In this document: positions 32,146-42,395 of the stretch, piece by piece
How positions within the stretch are numbered: position 1 is the first letter of the stretch
How the letters are laid out: every line of letters starts with the position of its first letter
DNA from: Nitrospirota bacterium
Lineage (GTDB): Bacteria > Nitrospirota > Thermodesulfovibrionia > Thermodesulfovibrionales > UBA9159
Length of the DNA stretch: 64,000 nt
Assembly (NCBI GenBank): GCA_963699545.1
Contig: CAVOUE010000004.1
Span: forward strand, 96,001 to 160,000
Direction of reading: 5' to 3'
The notes under the pieces: model-generated
What the model saw: the letters and a program-made list of their open reading frames with translations, nothing else
Database searches by the model: none
Told to the model about the DNA's origin: nothing
Made by a program: the position numbers and the translations under genes

Positions 32146-32630
32146 CCCAGCCGCTCTGGGCCCCCTGGAGGCTTCAGTATATTATTTCAAAAAAGGGACC
32201 CGGATGTATCTTTTGCGAAAAGCATGTCCAGGCTGCGGACAGGGACAACCTCATCCTTTACCGGAGCACCGGTGGCTTTGTGATGCTGAACCTCTATCCT
32301 TACAACAACGGCCACCTGATGGTGGTCCCGTACCGGCATGTGCACTCTATCACCGAACTTTCCGACGGGGAAGCCCTTGACCTCATGAAGATGACGCAGC
32401 GATCGGTGCAGTGCCTCAGGGAGGCCTTCAGGCCGGAGGGGTTTAATATCGGTGTGAACATAGGCAAGGTCGCCGGTGCGGGAATCGAAGAGCATCTCCA
32501 TTACCATGTCATCCCGCGATGGGTCGGGGATACCCACTTTATGGCGGTGCTGGGTGAGGTAAGGGTGATCCCCGAACATGTCCTGAGCACCTACGACAAG
32601 CTCTTCCCCTTCTTCAATCCCATACAATAG
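32142..32630 (+). CDS. HIT-family hydrolase
   Basis: LWAPWR, CIFC, HLHYH. Confidence 0.92.
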   Translation: MTQPLWAPWRLQYIISKKGPGCIFCEKHVQAADRDNLILYRSTGGFVMLNLYPYNNGHLMVVPYRHVHSITELSDGEALDLMKMTQRSVQCLREAFRPEGFNIGVNIGKVAGAGIEEHLHYHVIPRWVGDTHFMAVLGEVRVIPEHVLSTYDKLFPFFNPIQ

Positions 32631-32835
32631 CTTCCGATCCCGGTAGATTATCTCCCGCCGAAAGCAGTTCGCATGTTGGTTACCACTCCCGGGTGATCTC
32701 GCTTTCCCGCTGTAACCTTTTGCTCGCCCGCTGCGTCTTTGTAGCAGAAGGAGGAACTGGTACAAAGAAATACCGCGGAATTCGTCCTGAAGGGAAAGAA
32801 TGGCGTCTGAAAATCGAAAGAAAAGGGAGGTTCGT

Positions 32836-33393
32836 ATGAAAAAAGTACTTGCTGGTATGTTCCTTGGTCTTCTGTTCACGGTTCTTACACCCTATACCTC
32901 ATACGGAGAGAAGTGTGGTTGTGCTGGTAAGATGGGCGGGGATATGCCCAAGATGGAAGGAATGAGAGACCGGCATATGGGAATGCATGGTGGCGAGCAT
33001 CGCATGTGGAGGGGTCTCAGAGGCCTCGGGTTGGATGAAAAGCAAAAAGAAGCGATAAAGGAGATCAAAAGCAGAGTGATGAAGGATACCATCAGGAAGA
33101 GGGCGGATATCCAGGTCGCCAGGATAGAATTGAGGGATATCCTTGATAAAGACGTTGTGGATATGAACGCTGCTGAGGCGAAACTGAAGCAGATATCATC
33201 GATGATGACGGAGATGCGCCTGTCCCACATAAAAACGATGGAGGAGGTCAAGGCAAGACTCACCCCCGAGCAGAGGAAGAAATTCAGGGAAAACCTTCAA
33301 AGGCACGGGAGCTGGGCAGGCGGCCGTGCCGGAATGAGCCCGTACGGGAAAAAGGGGGACAAGGAGCAGGCGAAGGGGCGTAAGGGCAATTAG
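32836..33393 (+). CDS. Periplasmic Spy/CpxP/ZraP-like protein
   Basis: Signal peptide, Met/Gly/His-rich segment, LDEKQ and LTPEQ motifs. Confidence 0.85.
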   Translation: MKKVLAGMFLGLLFTVLTPYTSYGEKCGCAGKMGGDMPKMEGMRDRHMGMHGGEHRMWRGLRGLGLDEKQKEAIKEIKSRVMKDTIRKRADIQVARIELRDILDKDVVDMNAAEAKLKQISSMMTEMRLSHIKTMEEVKARLTPEQRKKFRENLQRHGSWAGGRAGMSPYGKKGDKEQAKGRKGN

Positions 33394-33542
33394 GAAGTTT
33401 AAGGGACAGCATACGCAGCGTGTCGATGCCGGATCAGTCCGGAACGGCTGCGGCGAGGGATGATACGATGGCAAACGCGCAGGCCTGTTGTTACGTTTTT
33501 CATCTTGCCCGAACCGGTCCTAAGGCATTACAATTGAGCGAG

Positions 33543-34109
33543 ATGACCGCACCCGATGAGATGCCGGCCGATGAATACTTCATCAAAGCAGCTCTTTCAG
33601 GCGATGACGAGGCATTCACCGAGCTGGTGCGACGTCATAAGCGAAAGGTGTTCAGCATCGTCGCCAGGTTTGTGAGGAATTCCCATGAACTCGATGATGT
33701 CTGCCAGGAGACATTTATGAAAGTGTATCAAAGTCTGAGAAACTATCGGGGTGATGCCCCGTTTGAGCATTGGGTTTCGAAGATAGCGGTGAATGCGTGT
33801 TATGACGCACTTCGCAGGCAGCGCCGCAGGCAGGCCGAGGTGCCACTGGAAGATGTTGAGTTCTGGCTGAGCGAGCCCGCCTCAGATTCAGGCAACCCCT
33901 CCTGGCAGGAATCGTGGGAGGTTCTGAGGCGTGCGCTGGAGGCATTACGTCCCGATGACCGGCTGGTGATCACCCTGCTCAACCTGGAAGAGAAATCCGT
34001 GCGTGAGGTTTCGGCATTGACCGGATGGAGCGAGGCAAAGGTGAAGGTGCGTGCCTTCAGGGCACGAAAGGAACTTAAGAGAATGATGGAGGATGGCCAT
34101 GGAAAATGA
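33543..34109 (+). CDS. ECF sigma factor
   Basis: GDDEAF, DVCQETF, WVSKIAVN, VKVRAFRAR. Confidence 0.92.
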   Translation: MTAPDEMPADEYFIKAALSGDDEAFTELVRRHKRKVFSIVARFVRNSHELDDVCQETFMKVYQSLRNYRGDAPFEHWVSKIAVNACYDALRRQRRRQAEVPLEDVEFWLSEPASDSGNPSWQESWEVLRRALEALRPDDRLVITLLNLEEKSVREVSALTGWSEAKVKVRAFRARKELKRMMEDGHGK

Positions 34110-34407
34110 TCGGAATGGAGATGCGCTTGACAGGTTGTTTGCCGCTGCCCGCAAGGCTGAGCCTTACCGGTCCGGTGCGGAATACGGGTTTGAGACCCGT
34201 GTTATGGCAAGGATACGATCGCAGCGTGAAGGACAGATGCCTTTCCTCCTGTGGTCATGGCGGCTTATCCCGTTTTTTGTTTCTGTTGTTCTTTTTCTTG
34301 GGATCTGGACCTATACATCTGAATCTTATCCGCTCGTTGACATAAGCGCACTAACCGGGATCGGGAATGAGGAGACGACGCTTGTGGCTTTTCTGACAGG
34401 TGAATGA
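34099..34407 (+). CDS. Single-TM putative anti-sigma factor
   Basis: FETRVMARI plus TM, overlaps sigma gene. Confidence 0.65.
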   Translation: MENDRNGDALDRLFAAARKAEPYRSGAEYGFETRVMARIRSQREGQMPFLLWSWRLIPFFVSVVLFLGIWTYTSESYPLVDISALTGIGNEETTLVAFLTGE

Positions 34408-34798
34408 GATGAAGAAGTGGAAAGCGATAGTGAGCATTGTCATCGTGTTCTTGCTCGGCGCACTGGCGGGCACCCTTGTGACGAATACTGTGTGCCAGCA
34501 AAGAACGGTGAACCTTATCAAAGGTGAAGCAAAATCAACGAGGGAATTCATTGTCCGGCGGCTGAACCTTGAGCTTCACCTTGATGCGGCTCAGCAGGAA
34601 CAGTTGCGCTCCATAGTGCAGGAAACACATGCCGAGATGAGGAACCTGCGCAGGCAGTTCAGACCTCAGACTGAAGAGATACTCGCACGTTCCCAGGAAA
34701 AGGTTCGGGCAATATTGCGGCCTGACCAGCTTGAAAAATACGAAAAGACAGTGGCAGAGCGCAGAAAGAAACGGGCGCATGAAGAAGACAGCAGATAG
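34400..34798 (+). CDS. Membrane-anchored Spy/CpxP-like protein
   Basis: N-terminal TM, LHLDAAQQ, ILRPDQ. Confidence 0.7.
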   Translation: MNEMKKWKAIVSIVIVFLLGALAGTLVTNTVCQQRTVNLIKGEAKSTREFIVRRLNLELHLDAAQQEQLRSIVQETHAEMRNLRRQFRPQTEEILARSQEKVRAILRPDQLEKYEKTVAERRKKRAHEEDSR

Positions 34799-34834
34799 TT
34801 CCGGAAGATTATAACAAACCTACAGGAGGTAGCT

Positions 34835-35539
34835 ATGCGAAAGACCGCAACGGGTAGATGGCTCAAGGCCTGGTTCCTTTTTTTTGGCGTCACGTTTCCC
34901 ATGCTTCTCAGTGGCTGTGGATCAAATGATTCTCTGCCAACGTGGAACATCACCGGCAGTTCGTTCATATACCATACGACAAACGGCACACCCGGAGAAC
35001 AAGGACCGGATCTCTTTGTGTTCACGCAGGCAGGTGGCAGCCTCTCCGGAACGACACCTCTGAACCAGCCTATCACAGGCAGTGTCAGCGAATCGACCGT
35101 TACTTTTTCCTGGGTTGGCAGCGATGGAGCTACGTATGATTATAACGGGGAAATAGAAACGAACGGGACCACGATGTCCGGGACGTGGACAAGCACCAAC
35201 GGGCAATCAGGGACATGGCACGCGATAGTGAATGCGTCCCCGGCGGTCGACATCACGGGGAACTGGAACACCTTTCATACGACAAACGGCACGCCCGGAG
35301 AACAGGGACCGGATCTCTTTGTGTTCACACAGTCAGGGAATGGTATTTCGGGGACAGCGATACAGGGCAGCCAGCTCAAAGGCACCATCAGCAGCCTGAC
35401 CATTACTTTTTCCTGGGTCGGCAGCGATGGAGCTACGTATATTTATACTGGGACAGTGAGTGGCGGGACGACGATGTCGGGCACATGGACAGCCACCAAC
35501 GGGCAAGCGGGCACGTGGCGTGCGACAAAGGGCAGCTGA
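34835..35539 (+). CDS. Lipoprotein with two tandem ~95-aa beta-rich repeats
   Basis: Lipobox LSGC; HTTNGTPGEQGPDLFVFTQ and FSWVGSDGATY each occur twice. Confidence 0.85.
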   Translation: MRKTATGRWLKAWFLFFGVTFPMLLSGCGSNDSLPTWNITGSSFIYHTTNGTPGEQGPDLFVFTQAGGSLSGTTPLNQPITGSVSESTVTFSWVGSDGATYDYNGEIETNGTTMSGTWTSTNGQSGTWHAIVNASPAVDITGNWNTFHTTNGTPGEQGPDLFVFTQSGNGISGTAIQGSQLKGTISSLTITFSWVGSDGATYIYTGTVSGGTTMSGTWTATNGQAGTWRATKGS

Positions 35540-35661
35540 GAAGAAAGAGCCGGGGAGGGAGGCATCGCAGGGCGGTCCGTGCAGGTGAGGGAGTGTCCCG
35601 CCTCCCTTCTTTCTGAAAAACGAAAAGCGAACAGTTCTGACCGTGGTTCGCAGCAAGCCTT

Positions 35662-36063
35662 TTAGATACTGTGGATCAGATAGATCGCGAGGAAGACCCC
35701 TATGGCCAGGACCGACATGGTGAGGAGTATGTCAAGGATCAGAGAGGGCCGGTAGGTATCTTCATCTATTTGCCGCTCGACCTTCTTGTACCGGATGAAA
35801 GAGAGCACGCCCATGAAGGTGCCGAGAAACACGAGGAATATTCCAAAGAATGAAGAATAACCTGTCGGCGGAGCCGCGGGCGTTTCTTTCCCGATGAAAT
35901 ACGACACCTGTTTGAGGAAGAGGGCGAACTTCTCCACAACGAAACCGAAAGCCATGATCCCTATGCTTGTCCTTATCCACGCCAGGAAAGTCCTTTCGTT
36001 CGCCATGTGAACACGGCGGTTAAGGACCTTCGGCGATTCTTTCCCTTCAGTTCTCACCGGCAT
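35662..36063 (-). CDS. YidH/DUF202 membrane protein
   Basis: MANERTFLAWIRTS plus three TMs. Confidence 0.9.
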   Translation of the reverse strand: MPVRTEGKESPKVLNRRVHMANERTFLAWIRTSIGIMAFGFVVEKFALFLKQVSYFIGKETPAAPPTGYSSFFGIFLVFLGTFMGVLSFIRYKKVERQIDEDTYRPSLILDILLTMSVLAIGVFLAIYLIHSI

Positions 36064-36135
36064 ACTGGTTCTCCCCTGGATGTGCCATCCCCGACAACAG
36101 GAAGCTCTTGCCAAAGTGTCTGTAAGAGAATTATT

Positions 36136-37734
36136 TCATTGTCTCTCAAGGAGTGCATACCTTCCGTCCTCATCAAGTACATGAAAGCCCAATTGCGTAA
36201 GTCCCGCAACTTCTTTTGCCTTTGTGATCAGCAGCAATCTGCCGACCCGTGCAAGAAAGGGCTTCATCTCATCCCTGTTCCCGACCCTCACGATCCTCCG
36301 GTCCGAATAAAAGACGATGCTCGGATTGTTGATCCCGTAAACGATGATCTTCTCTTCCCTGTTCAGTCTCTCCCTGGCGTAAAGGCTGTATTTGTGCAGC
36401 GTGCCCTGAAGCTGTCGGTTAGCCATGGGCAAGGCCTTTACAGAGAGGAGCAGGAGGAAGGTGACCATCATCAGCGCTATGAGACCATAGAGCGCCCTCC
36501 CGGTAACAGCGGCGTACATGCAGATGAGTGCCAGGGCACAGGCCATAAGACCTGCGGGAAGTGTCCAGCCGGCATCGGAGATCCCGAATGTCATGAGATA
36601 TTTTTCAGAGATCAAGAAGGCAATGCCTATGGCAACCATTATAACAGCAATGCCGGCGTTTGCATATTTTCTCCACCTCCCGTTTGCTGCCATGCCTGCA
36701 GAGATGAGGATGACCGCAGCAGGTATCGCAGGGAGAATATAATTGGGGAGCTTTGTCGTTGACACGGAAAAAAAGAGGAACACGAAAGAGAACCATGTCA
36801 GGGCAAACAAATCTAGTGCCGCCCAATGATTGAGGAGCGAGGAGTTCTCTTCCGGCGGGCGCTTGACTGTCATCCGCAACTTGGTGCGGTCCTTCAACCC
36901 TTGTCTGATCCCCGCGGGCAGAAAGGCGACCCAGGGCAAAAGTCCCGCGATGAGGACGGGGACGTAGTAATAGAAAGCCCCCTTGTGGCCTGATATGACA
37001 CCTGTGTAGCGCTTGAAATGATGTTTGATGAGGAACTGCTGGATGAATTCATTGCCGTTTATTTTGAGCTGTGCAATGTACCATGGAGCCGAAAGCGCCA
37101 GGAAGAGGAGGACCCCCGGTGCGCTGAATACCCGTTTCGTCCCCTTCACCCCCTCTGTGAGCAACAGATATGCGACCGCGACCCCAAAGGGGAAGAGGAT
37201 GCCTATGAGCCCCTTTGTGAGAAAGGCAAGGGCCGAAAAGACATAGAGTCCGTAAATGTACCTGCGCGCACCTTCCCGTGATTCGAGCGAAAGGAAGAAA
37301 GAGAAAAGGGCGAGCGCTATGAAAAGGGCCAATGCCATATCCGTGACGGCTGCATGGGAATATACAAGAAAGCACACCGAAAGACTCAGGGAGAGGGCAG
37401 CGTAAGAAGCCCGTTCCGTGTCGCGGAAATGCCTGACAAAGAGGAAAAGTGTCAGACAGAGGAGAAAACCGGAGAGGGCAGAGGGAAAACGAGCACCGAA
37501 CTCGTTGACGCCGAAGACCTTGTATGAGACCGCCATCAGCCAGTAAAAGAGGATGGGTTTGTCATAGCGGTTCTCGCCGTTATACGTCGGGGTTATCCAG
37601 TCACCGCCTTCGACCATCTCCTTTGTTGCCTCGGAGAAGACAGCCTCATCAACATCAAAGAGGGTGGCGGAACCAAGCCCGAAAAAGGACATGAGAAGAG
37701 CGATGGCAACGAGAGGCAAGAGGAATTTTGTCAT
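36136..37734 (-). CDS. ArnT/GT39-like glycosyltransferase
   Basis: DVDEA, DKPILFYW, LTKG, TKLPNYILP. Confidence 0.88.
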   Translation of the reverse strand: MTKFLLPLVAIALLMSFFGLGSATLFDVDEAVFSEATKEMVEGGDWITPTYNGENRYDKPILFYWLMAVSYKVFGVNEFGARFPSALSGFLLCLTLFLFVRHFRDTERASYAALSLSLSVCFLVYSHAAVTDMALALFIALALFSFFLSLESREGARRYIYGLYVFSALAFLTKGLIGILFPFGVAVAYLLLTEGVKGTKRVFSAPGVLLFLALSAPWYIAQLKINGNEFIQQFLIKHHFKRYTGVISGHKGAFYYYVPVLIAGLLPWVAFLPAGIRQGLKDRTKLRMTVKRPPEENSSLLNHWAALDLFALTWFSFVFLFFSVSTTKLPNYILPAIPAAVILISAGMAANGRWRKYANAGIAVIMVAIGIAFLISEKYLMTFGISDAGWTLPAGLMACALALICMYAAVTGRALYGLIALMMVTFLLLLSVKALPMANRQLQGTLHKYSLYARERLNREEKIIVYGINNPSIVFYSDRRIVRVGNRDEMKPFLARVGRLLLITKAKEVAGLTQLGFHVLDEDGRYALLERQ

Positions 37735-37742
37735 GAAGTGAG

Positions 37743-37913
37743 CTATTTCTCTAACTTCTTCTTATCTTCCGCAGGGTCTTCTTCCATTCCTTTCTTGAAT
37801 CCTCTTATGGCTTCCCCGATGCTCTTTCCAAGGGACGGAAGTTTACTCGGTCCGAACATCACAAGGGCGATGACCAAAACAACCACCAGTTCCGGTAATC
37901 CAAGGCCAAACAT
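37743..37913 (-). CDS. tatA: Twin-arginine translocase TatA
   Basis: MFGLGLPEL...FGPSKLP..GKSIG..IRGFKK. Confidence 0.93.
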   Translation of the reverse strand: MFGLGLPELVVVLVIALVMFGPSKLPSLGKSIGEAIRGFKKGMEEDPAEDKKKLEK

Positions 37914-38034
37914 ATATCCTCCTTTTCCACTGCGCGTTGGCAGAACGGCATGTTTAGTATACACGTTAAGGCGTTGCTATTGGCACAAAAAAAGTTCGGG
38001 AGTCTCTTTTCATGCCTGACAGTGAGGGTTCCCA

Positions 38035-40626
38035 TCAGTGGCAGTACCTCCCTTCCAGGAAATCCCTTGCATACCGTTCGGCGGTCCGGTCGTCGTGCAG
38101 TTCGGCATCCAGCTGCCGTGTATACGCGATAAGCCTGCCCAACTGGTCAAGGATGACTTCCATCTCCTCCTTTCTCAGGTTCGCGATGCGCGCGATGAGA
38201 AGATCCCCTTTGGCGCTCACAGAAAAGCCGTATTCTTTTAAGACAGTGGAGATAAGGCCCACCCTTCGGGATCGTTTCGTAATGTCCGTAGCGCCCCCGG
38301 CAAAGCGGAAATAGATGTGATTGTTTCTGGCAGTCTCACTGCAGAAGGAGTCTACGACCGTGAAATGGTAACCGAATCTCAGATTCAGGTTCGCATAGTC
38401 CTTTGACGCCACCGCCAGGTTGTATGGCGCGTGAGCTCCCGCATCCGTTACGATATCAGGCATCCTCATCATGCTTGAGAGAAAGTCGTTCACTTTGAGA
38501 GAGACCGTTGTGGACTTCCAGACGCCGGGGGAGATCAGGCCCGTGACAATCGCCCGCAAGGGAAGCGAAGTGATGCCATCAAGGGTCACACTGCTCTTCT
38601 TTTGGGTGTCCAGCGCCCCCCCGATATCGACGACCACGATCTCTGCAGGTACCGGAATATCAAGTCTTACTGCGATCTGACCGCGCACCTTTGGCTCCTG
38701 TGCGTTCTCGACGAGCTCTGTCACTGCCTTCTCATGGATGAACCGGATGATGTCGTGAATGGTTTTGCACCCTTCCGGAGTGAAGTCGTCCATCAATGGG
38801 TCTACAAGATTGAGGGGGGCGATATACCTGAGAATATATCTCTTCTTCCTGAACTCGTGGAGATTCTCCATTCTCGCAGAACGTGCGGCAGCGCTCTCAA
38901 GGAGTTCTTTTCTTATTCCCCGGTATAGTGCAGCGTTGCCTTCGTCGTCCGCATCAAGAGTGATCTCCTCTCCATGGACAAGGACGACCGTCGCGTTGCC
39001 GGTGTTCACCACAGTGGGGACCTTGAACTCCCTGCAGAGGGATGCCATATGGCTCGTGGGTGTTCCAATGTCGGTTACGATGGCCGAGACATAAGGCATG
39101 ACCCGCACATAATCAGAAGAATCGTGCGCCGCTACGAGTACCGCTCCTTTGGGGAACAGGTCAAGTTCTTCGGGATGTCTTGCGATGAAAACTTTGCCGG
39201 CGCCAATACCTCGCTGAATGACGACGCCTGGATCCCGGGTCAGAACCTTTGCATTGGAAGGGCCATCTGCAGTTTCATCCAGGCTGCCCCTCCGGGACAG
39301 CCGGAGAGCGGATAATGAAGAAACAGCCGTTTCGTCCACCTTCAGAGGCCGCGTCTGAAGGATAAATATCTTTCCTTCCCTGTCGACGGCCCATTCAATG
39401 TCCTGTGGCTTCCTGAAATGTCTTTCGATGAGGATCGCCTGCCTCGCAAGTTCTTTGGCCTGCTCCCGGGTCAGGCTCTGCCTCATCTTCAGGTCGTCGG
39501 GAGTTTGTATCGTCTCAATCCCCGATTCTTTCCCTTCGATTGTCATAACCTCTTTGCCACCCGTCTTACTGTCAACGATCTCAGGGTCCGCCGTCTTCTC
39601 CAGTACGTAAAGGTCTGCATCGGAACGCCCCTCAACTACGGTGGAGCCGAGTCCCCATGTGGCATTGATAAGCACCATGTTCGGATCGCCAGCCGGATGA
39701 GAGGAGTACATTACGCCGCTGGTCGCCGCATGGACCATGACCATGCATCCTACCGCCATCTTCATCTGTCCCAGGGGATAGCCCGATTGCCGCTGATAGG
39801 ATAGAGCTCTTGGAGAAAAGAGACTGGCCACTACCTGCCGGTACGCTTCAATGACCGCACTACGTTCAAGGGGAACGTTCAATCTTGTTTCGAACTGGCC
39901 GGCAAAGGAGAAGTCGGTGTCCTCTTCCTCAGCGCTGCTTCTCACCGCGAGAAAACAGTTTTCGCTGCAGCGCGCCTTCATTCCTTTCAGTGCCTGTTCG
40001 ATGGCGTTGCCCAATTGTGACGGGATTTCAGCAGTGAGGATGGAATCATGAAGTTCCCTTAGCGCAGCGTCAGTGGTTTCCTTGTCTGTGAGCGTCTCGA
40101 TCTTTCTGTCCAGGTGGTTGTGCCTCATGAATACGTCATAGGCAGCGGTTGTCAGAACAAAGGCCGCCGGAACGTCGAGGCGCAGGTAATTTCTTACCTC
40201 AGCAAGGTTGGCGTTTTTTCCCCCAACGGCGTGGCTGTTGTCCCATGAAATGTTGTCATAAAAAACGACCATTTCACCGGGGGATGGGATATCGAAGATC
40301 ATTCTTCTGATCCGGTCGTCGATACGGTCGACCGCGTCGTGAAGGTGGGGATATTTCTCTTGCGTGAGGAGATCGAAGTTGAGCAGGGAATCACCCAGCG
40401 CCGTGGAAAGTTCCGAGTAGGCCTTCTTTACATAGGAGATGTCAAAGAGATAATCTCCCCCGAGTTTATCACCGATATCGGTGATGATCTCCAGAGCACG
40501 GTTGTTCTTCTCAAGGACCTCCTTGAAATGCCCAAAGAGAAGGTCAAAGGGCAGGATACTCCCCCTCATGCGGCGTCCAGGCCACATCATCTTCTTCAAT
40601 CGCCCTGCAAACTTATTCACCGTCAT
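38035..40626 (-). CDS. PEP-synthase-like dikinase (ATP-grasp plus phospho-His domain, atypical C-terminus)
   Basis: GGKNANL, AVRSSA, FAGQF, DIEWA, ILQTRP, TSHMASLCRE. Confidence 0.85.
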   Translation of the reverse strand: MTVNKFAGRLKKMMWPGRRMRGSILPFDLLFGHFKEVLEKNNRALEIITDIGDKLGGDYLFDISYVKKAYSELSTALGDSLLNFDLLTQEKYPHLHDAVDRIDDRIRRMIFDIPSPGEMVVFYDNISWDNSHAVGGKNANLAEVRNYLRLDVPAAFVLTTAAYDVFMRHNHLDRKIETLTDKETTDAALRELHDSILTAEIPSQLGNAIEQALKGMKARCSENCFLAVRSSAEEEDTDFSFAGQFETRLNVPLERSAVIEAYRQVVASLFSPRALSYQRQSGYPLGQMKMAVGCMVMVHAATSGVMYSSHPAGDPNMVLINATWGLGSTVVEGRSDADLYVLEKTADPEIVDSKTGGKEVMTIEGKESGIETIQTPDDLKMRQSLTREQAKELARQAILIERHFRKPQDIEWAVDREGKIFILQTRPLKVDETAVSSLSALRLSRRGSLDETADGPSNAKVLTRDPGVVIQRGIGAGKVFIARHPEELDLFPKGAVLVAAHDSSDYVRVMPYVSAIVTDIGTPTSHMASLCREFKVPTVVNTGNATVVLVHGEEITLDADDEGNAALYRGIRKELLESAAARSARMENLHEFRKKRYILRYIAPLNLVDPLMDDFTPEGCKTIHDIIRFIHEKAVTELVENAQEPKVRGQIAVRLDIPVPAEIVVVDIGGALDTQKKSSVTLDGITSLPLRAIVTGLISPGVWKSTTVSLKVNDFLSSMMRMPDIVTDAGAHAPYNLAVASKDYANLNLRFGYHFTVVDSFCSETARNNHIYFRFAGGATDITKRSRRVGLISTVLKEYGFSVSAKGDLLIARIANLRKEEMEVILDQLGRLIAYTRQLDAELHDDRTAERYARDFLEGRYCH

Positions 40627-40988
40627 CTGATCAGTGCACGCCGTATGGAGGCCTTCAACTCCTTGATCTTGACGGGTTTTGGAAAGAAATCATGCACTTC
40701 CGCCCTCAATGCCTCTATGGCGGCGTCAAGATTTGCAAAGGCTGTTATCATGATGACCCTGGTTTCGGGGTAAAGTTGCTTCACTGTCCGCAGGACCTCC
40801 ATGCCGTCTATGCCCTTCATTTTGAGGTCTGTGACCACAACGTCAAATTTCTGATCCTTTAAGCGCGCAAGTGCCGGCTCGGCATTCACGAACGTTTCTA
40901 CCGTGTATCCGTCCTGCTCAAGTGACATCTTCGCCATATCACCTACGATTTTTTCATCGTCGATGACCATAATCCTGTACGTGCTCAT
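40623..40988 (-). CDS. Single-domain response regulator
   Basis: IDDE, TDLKM, ITA, KP. Confidence 0.93.
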   Translation of the reverse strand: MSTYRIMVIDDEKIVGDMAKMSLEQDGYTVETFVNAEPALARLKDQKFDVVVTDLKMKGIDGMEVLRTVKQLYPETRVIMITAFANLDAAIEALRAEVHDFFPKPVKIKELKASIRRALIR

Positions 40989-40997
40989 CTTTTCCTC

Positions 40998-42391
40998 CTA
41001 AGTTTTAAGGACCGGCAGCTCGATGGTGAAAGCGGTTCCGGTTCCCACGGTGCTCTCCACCCTGATGGTGCCTTTATGATTTTTTATTATTCCGTAGCTC
41101 ACGGACAGTCCCAGGCCTGTTCCCCCCACGCCCTTTGTGCTGAAGAAGGGATCAAATACGTGTGGCAGGAACTCGGCGGGTATGCCTTTGCCCGAATCCT
41201 TCACCACCACCTCCACCGCTTCCCTGCTTTTTTCATATCGCGTTGCAACTGACAATTCTCCCCCGGGTGACATTGCCTGGACGGCGTTCACCATGAGATT
41301 TACGAGGACCTGCTGCATCTGGTGGTCGTCCACGCGGACCCGGGGCAGTGCCTGTTGCCAGGGACAATTTCGTTTCAATTTTGGAGATGTCGAGCATATT
41401 CTGCACCAGCGCAAGCCCTTTGCGTACGACCCCGTTGATGTCGGTTTCCTGCAGGTTCGCCTCTTTCGGCTTCGAAAAATCAAGAAGGTTTTTCACGATC
41501 TTCCGTATCCTCTCTGTTTCCCCCTCCACCTTGTCCATGAAATCGAGTCGCTCCTCCCTGCTCAGCCTGTCGTAGAGTTCACTGTATGTCTGCGCGACCA
41601 TCGAAATGTTGTTCAGGGGGTTGGTGAGCTCATGGGCAACGCCGGCGGTGAGAATGCCGAGAGACGCCAGCTTCTTGGACTGTATGATCTCCTCTTCCCT
41701 GTTCCTGAGTTCGTCGGACATGAGATTTATCGCCTTCATCACCGAGCCGAGCTCGTCGGCAGACCTGGGGTTCTCGATCTTCCTGAAATTCCCTTCAGAT
41801 ATCAACAGGGCGAGCCGCTCGATCTCTCTCAGGGACCGAACGATCTTCTGGGAAATCAGATGGCTGATAATGACCGCAGAGAAGAGGACGGCCCAGAAGG
41901 AATAGAACAATGTCTTCTTTGCACCCGAAATGATATCATTGACCCGTTTTCTTTCCAGAATGGTAATGGTCTCGGAGAACTCCTTCAGTTTTTTCCCCTC
42001 TTCCCTGAGCTTTGTTCTCCAGTTGGACGTTTTCCGCGTTTCTTCTCACGTCCTCCACCGTGTCGGAATATCTTCCCAGGTGCGCGAGCAGCTGCCGGAG
42101 ATTGTCTTCACCGATGGCCCTGGATATGTCGTCGCTCACCCCGCCGATCGACTCCCGCGTACTATTTATCTTGTTCTTTATGTCGAAGAGGGCTGATTCA
42201 TCCCGGTAGAGGAAATAGTTCTTTTCCGAAAGCCGCATCTCAAGAAAGGAGGCGTTCAGGTCGTCGGCGATCTCCACAAACCTCAGCTTTGTGAGGATGA
42301 GATTGAGGCTCTGTATGGCAAAGAGACCTATGAGCACGATGAGAGCCATATTGAAGATGTTGGAAAGTACGATCTTTCGTTCGATCTTCAT
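40998..42391 (-). CDS. HAMP sensor histidine kinase (split into three frames)
   Basis: EMRLSEKNYFLY, DELG, AHELTNPL, GTGLGL. Confidence 0.85.
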
Positions 42392-42395
42392 GGTC

